NCBI GenBank assembly: GCA_963769025.1 | Contig: CAVYKI010000012.1 | Location: 64,001-128,000, forward strand | Reading direction: 5' to 3' | Source of the DNA: an uncultured Verrucomicrobiae bacterium | Lineage (GTDB): Bacteria; Verrucomicrobiota; Verrucomicrobiia; Chthoniobacterales; Chthoniobacteraceae | DNA: 64,000 nt | In this document: positions 29,745 to 40,401 of the stretch, piece by piece | Numbering within the stretch: the first letter of the stretch is position 1 | How the letters are laid out: every line of letters begins with the position of its first letter | Made by a program: the position numbers and the translations under genes | Notes under the pieces: model-generated | What the model saw: the letters and a program-made list of their open reading frames with translations, nothing else | Told to the model about the DNA's origin: nothing | The model's database searches: none

Positions 29745-32448
29745 TTACTTCGTGTGAAACTCTTTGCTGGCAACCAGCGCGTGGATGAACTCGCGCATCG
29801 CGAGATCTTTCTTGCCGGCCTGGTGCAGCATGTCGGCGACGAGCGTTTCGTCGCGAAAGCCCAGCGGTCTCCCGAGCGCATATTCGATCAGCGCTTCGCT
29901 GAAGCCGCGGGCAAAGGCGTCGGACTTCGATGCGATGATGTCGCGCAGGCCGAAGTAATCTTTGAACGCGGGGCCTTTGTGCAACTGCGCGGCGGCCTCG
30001 ATGGTCCAGGTCTTCTTCGTCTTGGGATCAGGCTTGCCGCTGGCGTTGATGGCCTCGTAGCTGTCCTCGGTGCGCCATTGGCCCGCGGCGTCGAAATTCT
30101 CCAGGCCAAATCCGATGGGGTCGATCTTGCGATGGCAGCTCGCGCATTGCGGATCTTCCTGGTGCGCCAGCAAACGCTCGCGGGTGGTGAGCACCTTCCC
30201 CGCGAGCCGCGTGATCGCCGGGACATTCGCAGGCGCGGGCGGCGGCGGATCGTTGAGCAGCTTGCGCAGCACCCATGCACCGCGCTCGACGGGGCTGGTG
30301 CGTTCGCCATTGCCGCCCATGAAGTGAATCGCGGCCATCCCGAGCAATCCCCCGCGCGGCGAGCCTGCCGGCAGCGCCACCTTTTCGATACCCGTCGCCC
30401 TTCACACCCGGGAGGCCATAGTAATGCGCGAGCACGCGGTTAATGACCACGTAGTCCGACTTCAGCAGGTCGCGCAGGCTCGCGTTGTGCCGCAGCAGGA
30501 ATTCGACGGTCTCATACACCTCGTTCTTCGCTGCGACCTTCGTCCCGTCATCGAAACGCGGATACAGCGCACGATTGATCTCGAAAAAGTCGATCCGATC
30601 CAAGTCCGAGCCACTGGTGGACGAAGGCGCGGATGAATCCCTCCGAGCGCGGATCATCGAGCAGTCGTTCTGTCTGCGCAGCGAGCACTTCGGGCTTCGT
30701 CAAATCACCACGCTGCGCGAGATCGCGCAGCGCGGCATCCGGCGGTGCGGACCACAGGAAATACGAGAGCCGCGTGGCGAGTTCCGCGCCCGTGAGCGGC
30801 CTGCGTTTTTCATCCGCAGTCGGCTCGGCGAGGTAGAGGAACATCGGTGACGACAGCACGACCGACAGCGTCTCCTTCAGCGCCGCGCCCGGTTTGTCGC
30901 CCGCTTTCCGGCGAACGTCGTAAAGCGCGAGCAAGCGATCGATGTAGCTCGCGGGCGGCACATTTCCACGGAACGCCTCCTTGGCAAAACGCTCCAGCGC
31001 AGCCCGCAGTTCAGGCATCGTCGGCGCAGGCGATTTGTCATCGAGCGGAATGCCCAGCGCCGCGATGCCGGGCGGCTTGGGCTTGTCCGCATTCGGCACG
31101 CGCTCGATTTCCATCCAGTCGATCCACAGCGCCACCTCGGGCCCGATGCCGTTGCGCTTCACCGCTTCGCTGCGTTTGCGTCCGCCTTCCTCGTTGGTGT
31201 CCCAACTGCCCTTTTCACGGATGAACAGCGTGCGGTTTTCGCGGCTCGCGTTGCCGCGGGTCAGCGTCAGCGGAATCTCGATCACCTGCGGCGCGTCCAG
31301 CGTCCCGGTGATCTCGTGCGTGCTGCATGACCTTCCCCGTCCGCGCATGAATGCCGAAGTCGAGAAACCGCCGCTCCGGAGGCGCATCCTCGGCCGCCGC
31401 CGCACGGATGCGCACGATGTATTCACCCACCGGCCAGCCGAACGGCACGAGAAGCTCGATGTAGCCGACGTTCAGCTCGGCCGGATGCCGCGTCTGCGTG
31501 CCGAGGTAAGCCCCCCGATCCACTGCGGGCTGCCGGAGATAATACTGGTGATACGCCAGCCACCCCGCTCCCAACGAATCATTGGCCAGGTCAGCGTCAT
31601 TCTCCCCCTTCTTGTCGAATCCAAACGATCTCGGCGAAGGTGCTCCGGGGATCTTTTCCCACGAACGGCGAAAGATGGAATCGTTCTTCGATTCCTTCCG
31701 GATCTTGGCGACGATCTCCGAGTTTTCCGGCCGCGCCGCGGCCTCCTCCACGGCTTTCACCCAGCGCTGCGCCCGCTCCCTCGCGTCAATTTGGTGCGCC
31801 ACAAATTTGGTGACGATCGGTGTCGTGGTCTCCGCTTCGTAGCGCAGCTTCTTCTCCACACCCGCCGCCGCCTGCCAATCAAACGCCTCCTCCAGAGCCT
31901 CGCGTCCGAGCGCCTGATATTGCTCAAGCTGGTTGCCCGACATGAAAAGATTCGCCCCGATCGTGTCGAAGCCCCCCGAGCTGCTGTCCCCCGGCAACTC
32001 GCTCACATTGATCTCCACCCCGAGCAGCTCGCGCAGCGTGTTCCTGTATTCGCGCCGGTTCAGCCGCCGCATCGTGATGACGCCATTCTGATCGCCCAGA
32101 CTGCGCCGCACCGCGACCATCACGTTCGCCAAGTCATCGAGAAAATCCGCCTTCGCAGCACCCGTCAGGCTGCTTCTCGTCGTCCGGCGGCATCTCGCCC
32201 GAATTCATGTGATTGAGCACCTTCTGCCAGCGCTCCGCCGTCTCGACGTTCGTGATGGCAAAAGGCAAATCATCCACGCGGAACTTCCCCTTCTGCTTCT
32301 CGGCCCCGTGGCACCTCGCGCAGTAGTCGCTCAACAATGCCTTGTGCCGATCATCCATCGCAGCCCGCAACGGATCATCCGCAGCGGGCGCGACAGCTTG
32401 TGCCAGCAGCAAGGTGGCGAAAAGCGCGGGTAGATGGGTCATTGGCAT
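29745..32448 (-). CDS. DUF1587/DUF1592/DUF1588/DUF1585 planctomycete-type cytochrome c protein, at least four frameshifts
   Basis: YCARCHG, MPP, RRLNRREYRNTLRELLG, ELATRLSYFLWSAPPD, TSPVERGAW, CASCHRKIDPIGFGLENFD, YALGR. Confidence 0.85.
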
Positions 32449-32642
32449 GGTCCTTACGATGAACCCAATCAGCCTCTCCACGTTAGCGCATTCAACCCCG
32501 AATCGGTGCCGTGCCTCGTTCATTGTGCCCAGAGCAAATTCACAACGCGGATTGCGCCGTGAATGGCAAAGGAATTTGGGCTCCTCGCGGCGACCTCTTC
32601 AAGGACCGGTTGCTCAACCGTGAAATGGCAAACTCGGCGGCA

Positions 32643-33419
32643 TCACGGGTTGCCCTTCGGTCGGCGGAGGTGAAGCGACCGGTAAAAGCCCTTGTGCAGT
32701 TCCAGCAGGCGCGAGAGTTCCTTGGTCGGGTCCGGATGATCCTCCACGCGAAGGTCGATGTAACGGTCGCTGGCGCCGCCGTAGCCACCCTTGTCCCGCA
32801 CGACGAGGAGCGCGGCGCTCTGTCTTCCGCGCGAATCGCCGCCCGCATCTTCGCCGGCCTGGAGCGCGGCGACGAGCCAGTCGGCGAGTTCGCTGCCCTC
32901 GGTTTTCTGCGCGGCTTCGTATGCCTCGACCATGGCGTCGAGGACCTTCGCGCCGGCGAGGATGTTGCCCTGCACGGCGAAGTGCTTCCCCGTGCGGCCT
33001 CCTGCGAAGGCACGGCAGTCTTTGCCGGTGAAAGTCGCGCTCCGCCCCCGCGCATCCACGATGCCGCATTGTCGCGCTTCCCGCCCCTCGTCGGCATCGG
33101 TGAGCAGCTTGATGACCTGCGCGGCGTCGCTGCCTTCCGCGAGGAACTTCAACCCCTTCGCTCCGTAGGTGACATTCGCCGAAGCCTGGGTCGCGATCGC
33201 GCCGACTCCGCTCTTCGCCCACGGCACGACCGTTCCCACGCCGAAGAATTTGCTTTGCACACAAACCCCGAGATCCCCGGTCGCAGGATCAAAGGCGACG
33301 ATGGAATAGGTCGCCACAATTTCTCCGCCTGATGGCCGGTCAACAGCAGTCGCGGGCGGTTCGCACCCGGTGATGGCCACCAACACGCCAAGGACGATGA
33401 AATGCAGCCAGGTGCGCAT
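32643..33419 (-). CDS. DUF1028 (Ntn-hydrolase-like) protein, probable lipoprotein
   Basis: Lipobox-like ITGC; TYSIVAFD, GAIATQA, AVQGNIL, GGDSRGRQSAA, DLRVEDHPDP. Confidence 0.88.
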   Translation of the reverse strand: MRTWLHFIVLGVLVAITGCEPPATAVDRPSGGEIVATYSIVAFDPATGDLGVCVQSKFFGVGTVVPWAKSGVGAIATQASANVTYGAKGLKFLAEGSDAAQVIKLLTDADEGREARQCGIVDARGRSATFTGKDCRAFAGGRTGKHFAVQGNILAGAKVLDAMVEAYEAAQKTEGSELADWLVAALQAGEDAGGDSRGRQSAALLVVRDKGGYGGASDRYIDLRVEDHPDPTKELSRLLELHKGFYRSLHLRRPKGNP

Positions 33420-33441
33420 GTGGTGTCCTCCCATCAGTGCG

Positions 33442-34482
33442 TCACTTTGCACGCGACGGCAGCGAAAGCGCTAGCGCTGTGGTCGCCCATCCGGCGGCGG
33501 TGATGGAGATGAACTGATCCTTGCCGTGCGGATAGCCGGACTCGTAGTAGGTTTGAATCGGCTTGCTGCGGGTCTTCACGTGCCACGATCCGTCGGCGAG
33601 CTGGCTTGTGAGAAGGTGCCGCATCCCTCTCGCGTACGCCGCATCCGTCGTGGCCAGTCCGCCGGCTTCGTGCAGCGCGGTGAGCGCGGTGCCCGTGGCG
33701 TACGCGTCGCTTTCCATGTCGGCGAGTTGCGCCCATCCGCCGTCCGCGCGCTGCGTCTGAAGCAGGTCTTGCGCGGCCTTGCGGACTTCCGCCTCCGCCG
33801 CACCCGCCACGTGCAGCGCGCGGAGCCGGAAGACGCGATCCTCGGTGTCCTGCGCGGGTGTTTTCAGCAACCAAGCGCGGATTTGTTCGCGTCGGCGATT
33901 GATGCGCTCGCGCTGTTCGGGCGTGCCAAATTTCAGCAGCCCGCGCAGCGCGGCATGCGTGGATGTGAACAGGCTCTGCTCGGTCGGCGGACGGCGCGAC
34001 TGCGGCTTCCAATGCTCGAGATCCTTTTGCCACTGCAGCAGGTACTCGGCGACCGCGGCGGTGGTTGCGGCAGGCTTCCACGCGCCGTGCTCGAGCGCCC
34101 AGAGCGCGTAGCCCGCAGTATCGGCCTGCCCGCCCTGGCCTTTGCCGGCGAGATAGTTCGCACGGTTCTTCTCGAGAAAGTCCGCGGTGAACTGGAGCTG
34201 CTTCCGCAACTCCCCACCGTCGATCTGGAACCCGCGGGTCTGCGCCGTGACCAGTGCCATGATCGGCAGCCCCTGATTGTGGCAGGTGAAGCACCGGTCC
34301 CGCTCCTCCATCGAGCCACGCGCGCCCGCGGTCAGCAGCGGCAGAGACCTTTCCACGGCGGCCCGGATCGCGTCAGCATTCGGCGCCGCCACATCATCGC
34401 CGGCCGCGTCCTGCACGGGCGTGAGTGCCAGCAGGCCGACCAATGCGGCTGCGAAGAGCGGGAACTGTCGGGGGGCGTTCAC
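33442..34482 (-). CDS. Secreted prenyltransferase/squalene-cyclase-repeat barrel protein with CxxCH
   Basis: Signal peptide; CFTCHNQ; QW-like repeats QRADGGW, QLADGSW; SDAYATG. Confidence 0.8.
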   Translation of the reverse strand: MNAPRQFPLFAAALVGLLALTPVQDAAGDDVAAPNADAIRAAVERSLPLLTAGARGSMEERDRCFTCHNQGLPIMALVTAQTRGFQIDGGELRKQLQFTADFLEKNRANYLAGKGQGGQADTAGYALWALEHGAWKPAATTAAVAEYLLQWQKDLEHWKPQSRRPPTEQSLFTSTHAALRGLLKFGTPEQRERINRRREQIRAWLLKTPAQDTEDRVFRLRALHVAGAAEAEVRKAAQDLLQTQRADGGWAQLADMESDAYATGTALTALHEAGGLATTDAAYARGMRHLLTSQLADGSWHVKTRSKPIQTYYESGYPHGKDQFISITAAGWATTALALSLPSRAK

Positions 34483-34623
34483 GGGGATTCAGTTGCCTCA
34501 CTTGCCACGGTTGCCTGCGCCCCGCACGCACATTCCTGATGCCGTGAGCCCGGGCACCCGCCTTCTCTCCGCCTCACGCCTTCGCGCTTCACGCGAGCGG
34601 TTCGCTCTGCCAGTTTCCGCGCC

Positions 34624-36159
34624 ATGCTTTCCAAAGTATTCTCTGCAGCCGTCTGCGGCGTGGACGCGTATGATCTCGAGGTGGAAGTGAGCGACGACGG
34701 CGGGCAGAAGGACGCGATCGTGATCGTGGGGTTGCCGGATGCCGCCGTGCGCGAGGCGCGGGATCGGGTGAAGACGGCGATCTCCAATAGCGGCTTCCGA
34801 TGGCCCGGTGGCCACGTGACCGTGAACCTCGCGCCCGCCGATGTGAAAAAGGAGGGGCCGAGTTTTGATCTGCCCATCGCGCTGGCGATGATCGCCTGCG
34901 CTCAGGACGTGAAGCTGGAGAACGCCGCCGACTTTTGCTTCGTCGGCGAACTCGCGCTCGACGGCGCCGTGCGGCCCGTGCGCGGCGTGCTCTCCGTCGC
35001 CATCGAGGCGCGTCGCGTCGGACGGAAGAAGCTCGTCGTCCCGCTGCAAAACGCCCGCGAAGCCGCGATGGTCGCGGGCATTGATGTCTTCGGCGTGCGC
35101 AATCTCCGCGAGACATTCACCTTCCTCACCGGGGAAAATCCGCTCGCACCCGTGCGCGAGGATCTCGCCGCGTTCTTCGCCAGCCATCAGGATTACGAGG
35201 CGGATTTCGCCGACGTGCGCGGACAGAACCATGTGAAGCGCGCCATCGAGATCGCCGCCGGCGGCGGACACGGACTCCTGCTCATCGGCCCGCCCGGCTC
35301 GGGCAAGAGCATGCTGAGCAAACGCGTCCCGAGCATCCTTCCGCCGCTCACGATGGAGGAGGCGATCGAGACGACGAAAATCCACAGCGTCGCCGGTCTG
35401 CTCCTCGACAAGTCCTTCGTCGCCACGCGCCCCTTCCGCGCGCCGCATCACACGGTCTCGGACGCCGGCCTGCTCGGCGGCGGGATGAATCCCGCCCCCG
35501 GCGAGATCAGCATCGCGCACCACGGCGTGCTCTTCCTCGACGAGCTGCCGGAGTTCAAACGCAGCACGCTCGAAGTCCTCCGCCAGCCGATGGAGGATGG
35601 AAAAGTCACCGTCTCGCGCGCCGCGGGAACGATGACCTTCCCCGCCGAGTTCATGCTCGTCGCCGCGATGAACCCCTGCCCCTGCGGCTTCCACGGTGAT
35701 CCGAAACGCCAGTGCCGCTGCACGCCGCAGCAGGTGGAGAAATATCGCGAGCGCATCTCCGGCCCGCTGCTCGACCGCATCGATCTCCACGTCGAGGCGC
35801 CCGCCGTCGCGTTCGACGAACTCCGCAGCACCGAGCGCGCGGAATCCAGCGCGGCGATGCGCGGGCGCGTGGTGCACGTGCGGGAGATCCAGCGGGCACG
35901 CTTCAACGACAACGGCAGAGTCCGCATCAACGCCCGCATGAGTTCGCAGCAGGTCCGCAAATTCTGCGCGCTCAGCGAGGACGCCGAAAATCTCCTGCGC
36001 ATGGCGATGGACAATCTCAACCTCTCCGCCCGCGCCCACGACCGCATCCTCAAGGTCGCCCGCACCATCGCCGATCTCGCAGGCATGGAAAGCATCGCGC
36101 CCGACCACATCGCCGAGGCGATCCAATACCGCACGCTCGATCGGAAGCTCTGGCGATAG
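34624..36159 (+). CDS. comM: YifB/ComM Mg-chelatase-like AAA+ ATPase
   Basis: [51 protein letters not shown]. Confidence 0.95.
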   Translation: MLSKVFSAAVCGVDAYDLEVEVSDDGGQKDAIVIVGLPDAAVREARDRVKTAISNSGFRWPGGHVTVNLAPADVKKEGPSFDLPIALAMIACAQDVKLENAADFCFVGELALDGAVRPVRGVLSVAIEARRVGRKKLVVPLQNAREAAMVAGIDVFGVRNLRETFTFLTGENPLAPVREDLAAFFASHQDYEADFADVRGQNHVKRAIEIAAGGGHGLLLIGPPGSGKSMLSKRVPSILPPLTMEEAIETTKIHSVAGLLLDKSFVATRPFRAPHHTVSDAGLLGGGMNPAPGEISIAHHGVLFLDELPEFKRSTLEVLRQPMEDGKVTVSRAAGTMTFPAEFMLVAAMNPCPCGFHGDPKRQCRCTPQQVEKYRERISGPLLDRIDLHVEAPAVAFDELRSTERAESSAAMRGRVVHVREIQRARFNDNGRVRINARMSSQQVRKFCALSEDAENLLRMAMDNLNLSARAHDRILKVARTIADLAGMESIAPDHIAEAIQYRTLDRKLWR

Positions 36160-36187
36160 CCAGAGCGCACCGCGCAGCGGAATCGGT

Positions 36188-39100
36188 TCAGGCGAAATGC
36201 CGGAGCGCGCGGCGGAGCTGGTTCAGGTCCACCGGCTTGACGAGATGCGTGGAAAATCCGGCTTCGAGCGAGCGACGCAGGTCGTCTTCCATCCCATAGC
36301 CGGAGAGCGCTATTCCGCGGATGCCAGGCTGCAATCGCCGTATTTTTTCCATCACTTCCATCCCGGTGCCATCAGGCAGACCGAGATCGGAGACCACAAA
36401 GTCGAACGGGCCGGTCTCGGCTGCTGCCGCGGCTGCGGCGACGCTGCTGGCGGTGACCACGAAATGGCCGTCGCGACCGAGCACCCGGCGGAGGACAGCC
36501 AGCGTAGGTTCGTGATCCTCGACGAGCAGCAGCCGCAGCGACGGCAGCGGAGCGACGGAATGCTCGCCGCTGCCTGAGTCGTCCGCAGGCTCGCCGGGCG
36601 CATGATCGGTTCCCGCCGGGGCTTCCATGGCGTGCGGCAACTCCACGATGAAGGTCGCGCCCTTGCCGAGCCCGTCGCTTTCCGCACGGATCTGCCCCTC
36701 GTGGAGATGCACGATGCCGCGCGCGATTGCGAGGCCGAGGCCGAGGCCTCCGAATCGGTGATCGTGCGCCCGGCCCGCCTGCTCGAACGGGTGAAAGATG
36801 GACTCGGTCGCATCGGGCGCGAGACCCACGCCGGTATCGCTCACCTCGATCCGGAGGCGGCCATCGGTTTCGTCACGCGTGCGAATGGCGACACGGCCGC
36901 CGACCGGGGTGAATTTGATCGCGTTGCGCAACAGATTCCAAACCACCTGCTGAAGACGGGCAGGATCTCCGCGCAGGCTGGCGCGCCGCGCGGCGAGGTC
37001 CAGTTCGACCGCGACCGGCTTTGCGCGCGCCTCGTCGTGCATGATCGCCACGGCCAGCCCGATGAGCGAGTGAACGTCGCACATCTCCTCGCGAAGCTGG
37101 AGACGCCCCTTGGTGATGCGCGTGAGGTCTAGCAGATCATCGATGAGCCTGGCTTCGAGCGCGATGTTGCGTTCGATCATGGCCAGCTCGGAACGGACCG
37201 CTTCCGGAAGACGCGTATCCTCGCGCAAGGCGGAGGCAGTCATCAGCACGGGCATGAGCGGCGTGCGCAGCTCGTGGGAAAGCGCGGCGAGAAAATCATC
37301 CTTGGCCCGCAAGGCGAGCTCGGCGCGTTCCTTCTCCGCACGCAGATCCGCGTCGGCGTAGCGCCGCTGGACGCTGCCCGCGATGGCGTCGGCCATGGGC
37401 GCGAGATCACCGAGCACGGCCTCGGAGAGCGTGTGCTTTGAGAAAAGCCCGAGCACGCCCAGCAGCCTTCCGTCCACGATCAGCGGATAACCTGCGAAGG
37501 CGACCATCCCCTCCCGTTCCGCCCATTTCGGGTCGGAAATGTTCGGGTCATGCGGCACATCGTTCGTGAGGTGTGCGCGCTGGGTTTGCGCGATGCGTCC
37601 GATCTTATACTTCCCTATCGGCACCCGCGCATGCTCGCCGTCCAGATGCGTATAAAGGCCCGCGCTGGCTCGCAGAATGAGGACAGCGCCGCTTTCGTCG
37701 AGGAGCCAAATCCGCGCGAAGGACGCCTCGAGATGGCGCACGAGCAGTTCGCATGCGCCGTGCAAACTGGGGTCGAGTTCGACCGAGGACGCGAGCAGCG
37801 AGGCGATGTCCGCGCGCAGCATGGAAAGCCGCGCACGCTCGGCCAGTTCGCGCTCGGCGGCCTTGCGCTGGGAGAGATCGCGGATGAAGCCGACGAACGT
37901 CGAACGCTCTGCGCCGGGAAGCGGGCTGATCGCAAGCTCCACGGGGAATTCGCCGCCGTCGCGCCGGAGCGCCGGCAGTTCGAGCCGCCGCCCCAGCACG
38001 GGGCCTTCGCCAGTGGCAAGCAGGTGGGCCAGACCGCGGCGGTGAGCTTCGCGCAATCGCTCAGGGATGATGTGCGCCGCCAGTTCCGCGCCGAGAATCT
38101 CCTCGCGCCGCCAGCCGAAGATCCGCTCCGCCGCCGGATTCCAATCGAGGATACTTCCCGCGGCATCCATCAGCAGGACCGCATCGAGCGCCGTGTTGAT
38201 GATCGCCTTCGAACGCGTCTCGCTCGAGCGGAGCAGCTCCTCCGCAGCGCGCCGTTCCGTGATGTCGATGAGCACGCCGGGCAGCCGCACGACCTTGCCG
38301 TGGGAATCGCGTTCGCTGCGGCCACGGGCGTCCACCCACCGCTCGCTCCCGTCACTGCGTCGCACGCGATACTCAGCCTGGTACGCATCCCCGTTTTCGA
38401 GTGCGCGGGCGATGACCGTCTGGACGCTCGGACGGTCCTCCTCGGCGATGAGCGCGAGAAAGCTCGCAAGCGGTTCTCCTGCGCGACATCGCTCCGGCGG
38501 CAATCCAAACGTCCGCGCGACCAGCGGATCGCCGCACACCAGATCCCGCTCCACATCCCAGACCCAGGCCCCCGCACCGGCCACCTCCAGCGCCGTGCGC
38601 GCGAGCCATTCCGCATCCCGGATGGCGCGATCCCGGACGCGGCGCGCGCTCACGTCGTGAAACACGAGGATCGCCCCGCAAAGCGAGCCGTCCGGACCAA
38701 GGATTGGCGCGGCGGAATCTTCGATGGGAATTTCTTCCCCGCCACCGCGCGGGCGCAGGACGGTGTGATTTGCCATCGCCACCACGATGCGCTCCCGCAA
38801 GACCTTCTCGACCGGGTTCTCAACAACCGCCCCTGTTTCCTCGTTGAAAATCGCGATCACTTCAGGCAACGCACGGCCTCGCGCCTCGGCAGCGGTCCAC
38901 CCGGTGAGCTGCTCCGCCACCGGGTTCAGGAAAGTGACCGCCCCAGCTTCGTCCGTCACCACGACCGCATCGCCGATGCTGAGCAGGGTGACCCGGAGTC
39001 GCTCGCGTTCGGCAGCCAGCTTGAGCGCGTCTCCGGCCGCGCGCCGTTGGGCGCTGCGCATGAGCTCCGCCATCGTCACGATGATTGCGGACGTCACAAA

Positions 39101-39448
39101 AAAGCTCAGAAAGGCCACGACCCCGCCTCCGGTCATGATGGTGAAATGACGCCTCGGATCTACGAAGAACCAATCCACCACGAGATAGTTAACCACCATC
39201 GTCGGAACGGCCGCCTTCCACCCCGCGCAACCCGCCACGAGGGCCACAGCCCCGAAGGAAAATATGAACGGGTAATTGTGCCCCAATTCACCGTCCAACA
39301 CCGCCCGCAGCGCCAGCGCCACAGCTGTGGCGACCACGGAAAAAGTATAGCCTCGCCAGTCGGTCGGAACGAACAGGCAGAGGGGATATCGGGCTGTTTG
39401 CATCTGTTTCCGTATTAGATCGGCGTCGGCACGTCCGCCGCGTGTCAT
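36188..39448 (-). CDS. Membrane hybrid histidine kinase (DUF4118-like TM region, 3 PAS, GAF, HisKA, HATPase, REC)
   Basis: Four TM helices, PAS repeats, GAF (AFAGYPLIVDG), LSHELRTPL, GGLGLGLAI, LLVEDH; start 39448 or 39403. Confidence 0.92.
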   Translation of the reverse strand: MTRGGRADADLIRKQMQTARYPLCLFVPTDWRGYTFSVVATAVALALRAVLDGELGHNYPFIFSFGAVALVAGCAGWKAAVPTMVVNYLVVDWFFVDPRRHFTIMTGGGVVAFLSFFVTSAIIVTMAELMRSAQRRAAGDALKLAAERERLRVTLLSIGDAVVVTDEAGAVTFLNPVAEQLTGWTAAEARGRALPEVIAIFNEETGAVVENPVEKVLRERIVVAMANHTVLRPRGGGEEIPIEDSAAPILGPDGSLCGAILVFHDVSARRVRDRAIRDAEWLARTALEVAGAGAWVWDVERDLVCGDPLVARTFGLPPERCRAGEPLASFLALIAEEDRPSVQTVIARALENGDAYQAEYRVRRSDGSERWVDARGRSERDSHGKVVRLPGVLIDITERRAAEELLRSSETRSKAIINTALDAVLLMDAAGSILDWNPAAERIFGWRREEILGAELAAHIIPERLREAHRRGLAHLLATGEGPVLGRRLELPALRRDGGEFPVELAISPLPGAERSTFVGFIRDLSQRKAAERELAERARLSMLRADIASLLASSVELDPSLHGACELLVRHLEASFARIWLLDESGAVLILRASAGLYTHLDGEHARVPIGKYKIGRIAQTQRAHLTNDVPHDPNISDPKWAEREGMVAFAGYPLIVDGRLLGVLGLFSKHTLSEAVLGDLAPMADAIAGSVQRRYADADLRAEKERAELALRAKDDFLAALSHELRTPLMPVLMTASALREDTRLPEAVRSELAMIERNIALEARLIDDLLDLTRITKGRLQLREEMCDVHSLIGLAVAIMHDEARAKPVAVELDLAARRASLRGDPARLQQVVWNLLRNAIKFTPVGGRVAIRTRDETDGRLRIEVSDTGVGLAPDATESIFHPFEQAGRAHDHRFGGLGLGLAIARGIVHLHEGQIRAESDGLGKGATFIVELPHAMEAPAGTDHAPGEPADDSGSGEHSVAPLPSLRLLLVEDHEPTLAVLRRVLGRDGHFVVTASSVAAAAAAAETGPFDFVVSDLGLPDGTGMEVMEKIRRLQPGIRGIALSGYGMEDDLRRSLEAGFSTHLVKPVDLNQLRRALRHFA

Positions 39449-39522
39449 TATTTGGGATCCATCGTGATCGATGGATTCGATGTTGCCGCGAAACGCAGAC
39501 GGCCGACCGAGCGCTCCGCGCG

Positions 39523-40320
39523 CTAGAACTTGATGCGTAAGCCGAGCGAAACGCTGTGCGTGGAGTAATTCGCGCGCCCGATTTCGCCGTCGTAGAAGGC
39601 GTAGTTCGAGAAGCGCGCATTCCACAGGATGCTGACTCCTCCGCCCGCCAGCAGGCTGCCGCGCCCGATCGTCGGTCCGGACGCGGTGAAGGGATTGCCG
39701 CCGAGCGTGGCGAAGGTCGAGGTGAGCGAGTACTTGGTGTCGCCGGACTCGTGCTGCCAGGCGGCGCGCAACTCGGGGCGGATGACGGTCCGGCCCACTT
39801 TCACATCGAACGCGGCGCGGATGCCGAGCGCGGCGCGCATGGATTCCGCGTTTTTCCGCCTTGCCGCTGGTGAAGATGTTGCCCGTCTGCTTCACGAAGA
39901 CTAAAGTGCCATTGTCGGCACCGCCCACGCTGCCGGCAAAAAACGAGTTCGCATCCGAATGATGAGGCCGCCGAGATCCTGCAATCCGGAACCCAGCCCA
40001 CCGCCGATGGCACCGCCGCCGATGCTCTGGCCCAGATGCCGTTGGAATTTGTTCCCGCCGTCGAAATCCGGCCGGCGTTCTTGACCTCGACCGCACCGCC
40101 GTGGTTTCCGAATCCGCGGTTGTGACCAATGCTCGCGACGATTTCCACGTCGTTGCCCGGATTGCCCGCCGCGTTGGTGAGGAAAAGCATCGCCGCCGCC
40201 CATCGAACAGCCGGGTGTCGGCGCGGAACTGATCCCGCCGCTGACGCTGAAGCCGCCATCGCCGCCGCTGCCCGCCGATGCGTGCGCGGCGATCGAACAG
40301 CTCGGAATCGAACTCATTCT
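39523..40320 (-). pseudogene. Autotransporter remnant: last strands of the beta-barrel plus scraps of Gly-rich passenger
   Basis: RPELRAAWQHE...YDGEIGRANYSTHSVSLGLRIKF (terminal Phe); upstream out-of-frame pieces GSGGDGGFSVSGG, GRISTAGTNSNGIWA/QSIGGG, VKQTGNIFTSG. Confidence 0.75.
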
Positions 40321-40401
40321 GGCGTGAGACGCGCGCGGCATAGGCGCAGCGGGCGCGCTCTTACGGTGCGGCAAAAGGGAATCCATTCCGACAACGCATC
40401 G

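Noticed and set aside
16500..36159. comF and comM as evidence of a competence system
   Set aside because: Both are widespread, unlinked here, and no uptake machinery is in the window
39449..40129. N-terminal 227-aa extension of the 1313-aa kinase ORF
   Set aside because: It overlaps the autotransporter remnant and is mostly non-protein-like read-through; the kinase plausibly starts at 39448 or 39403
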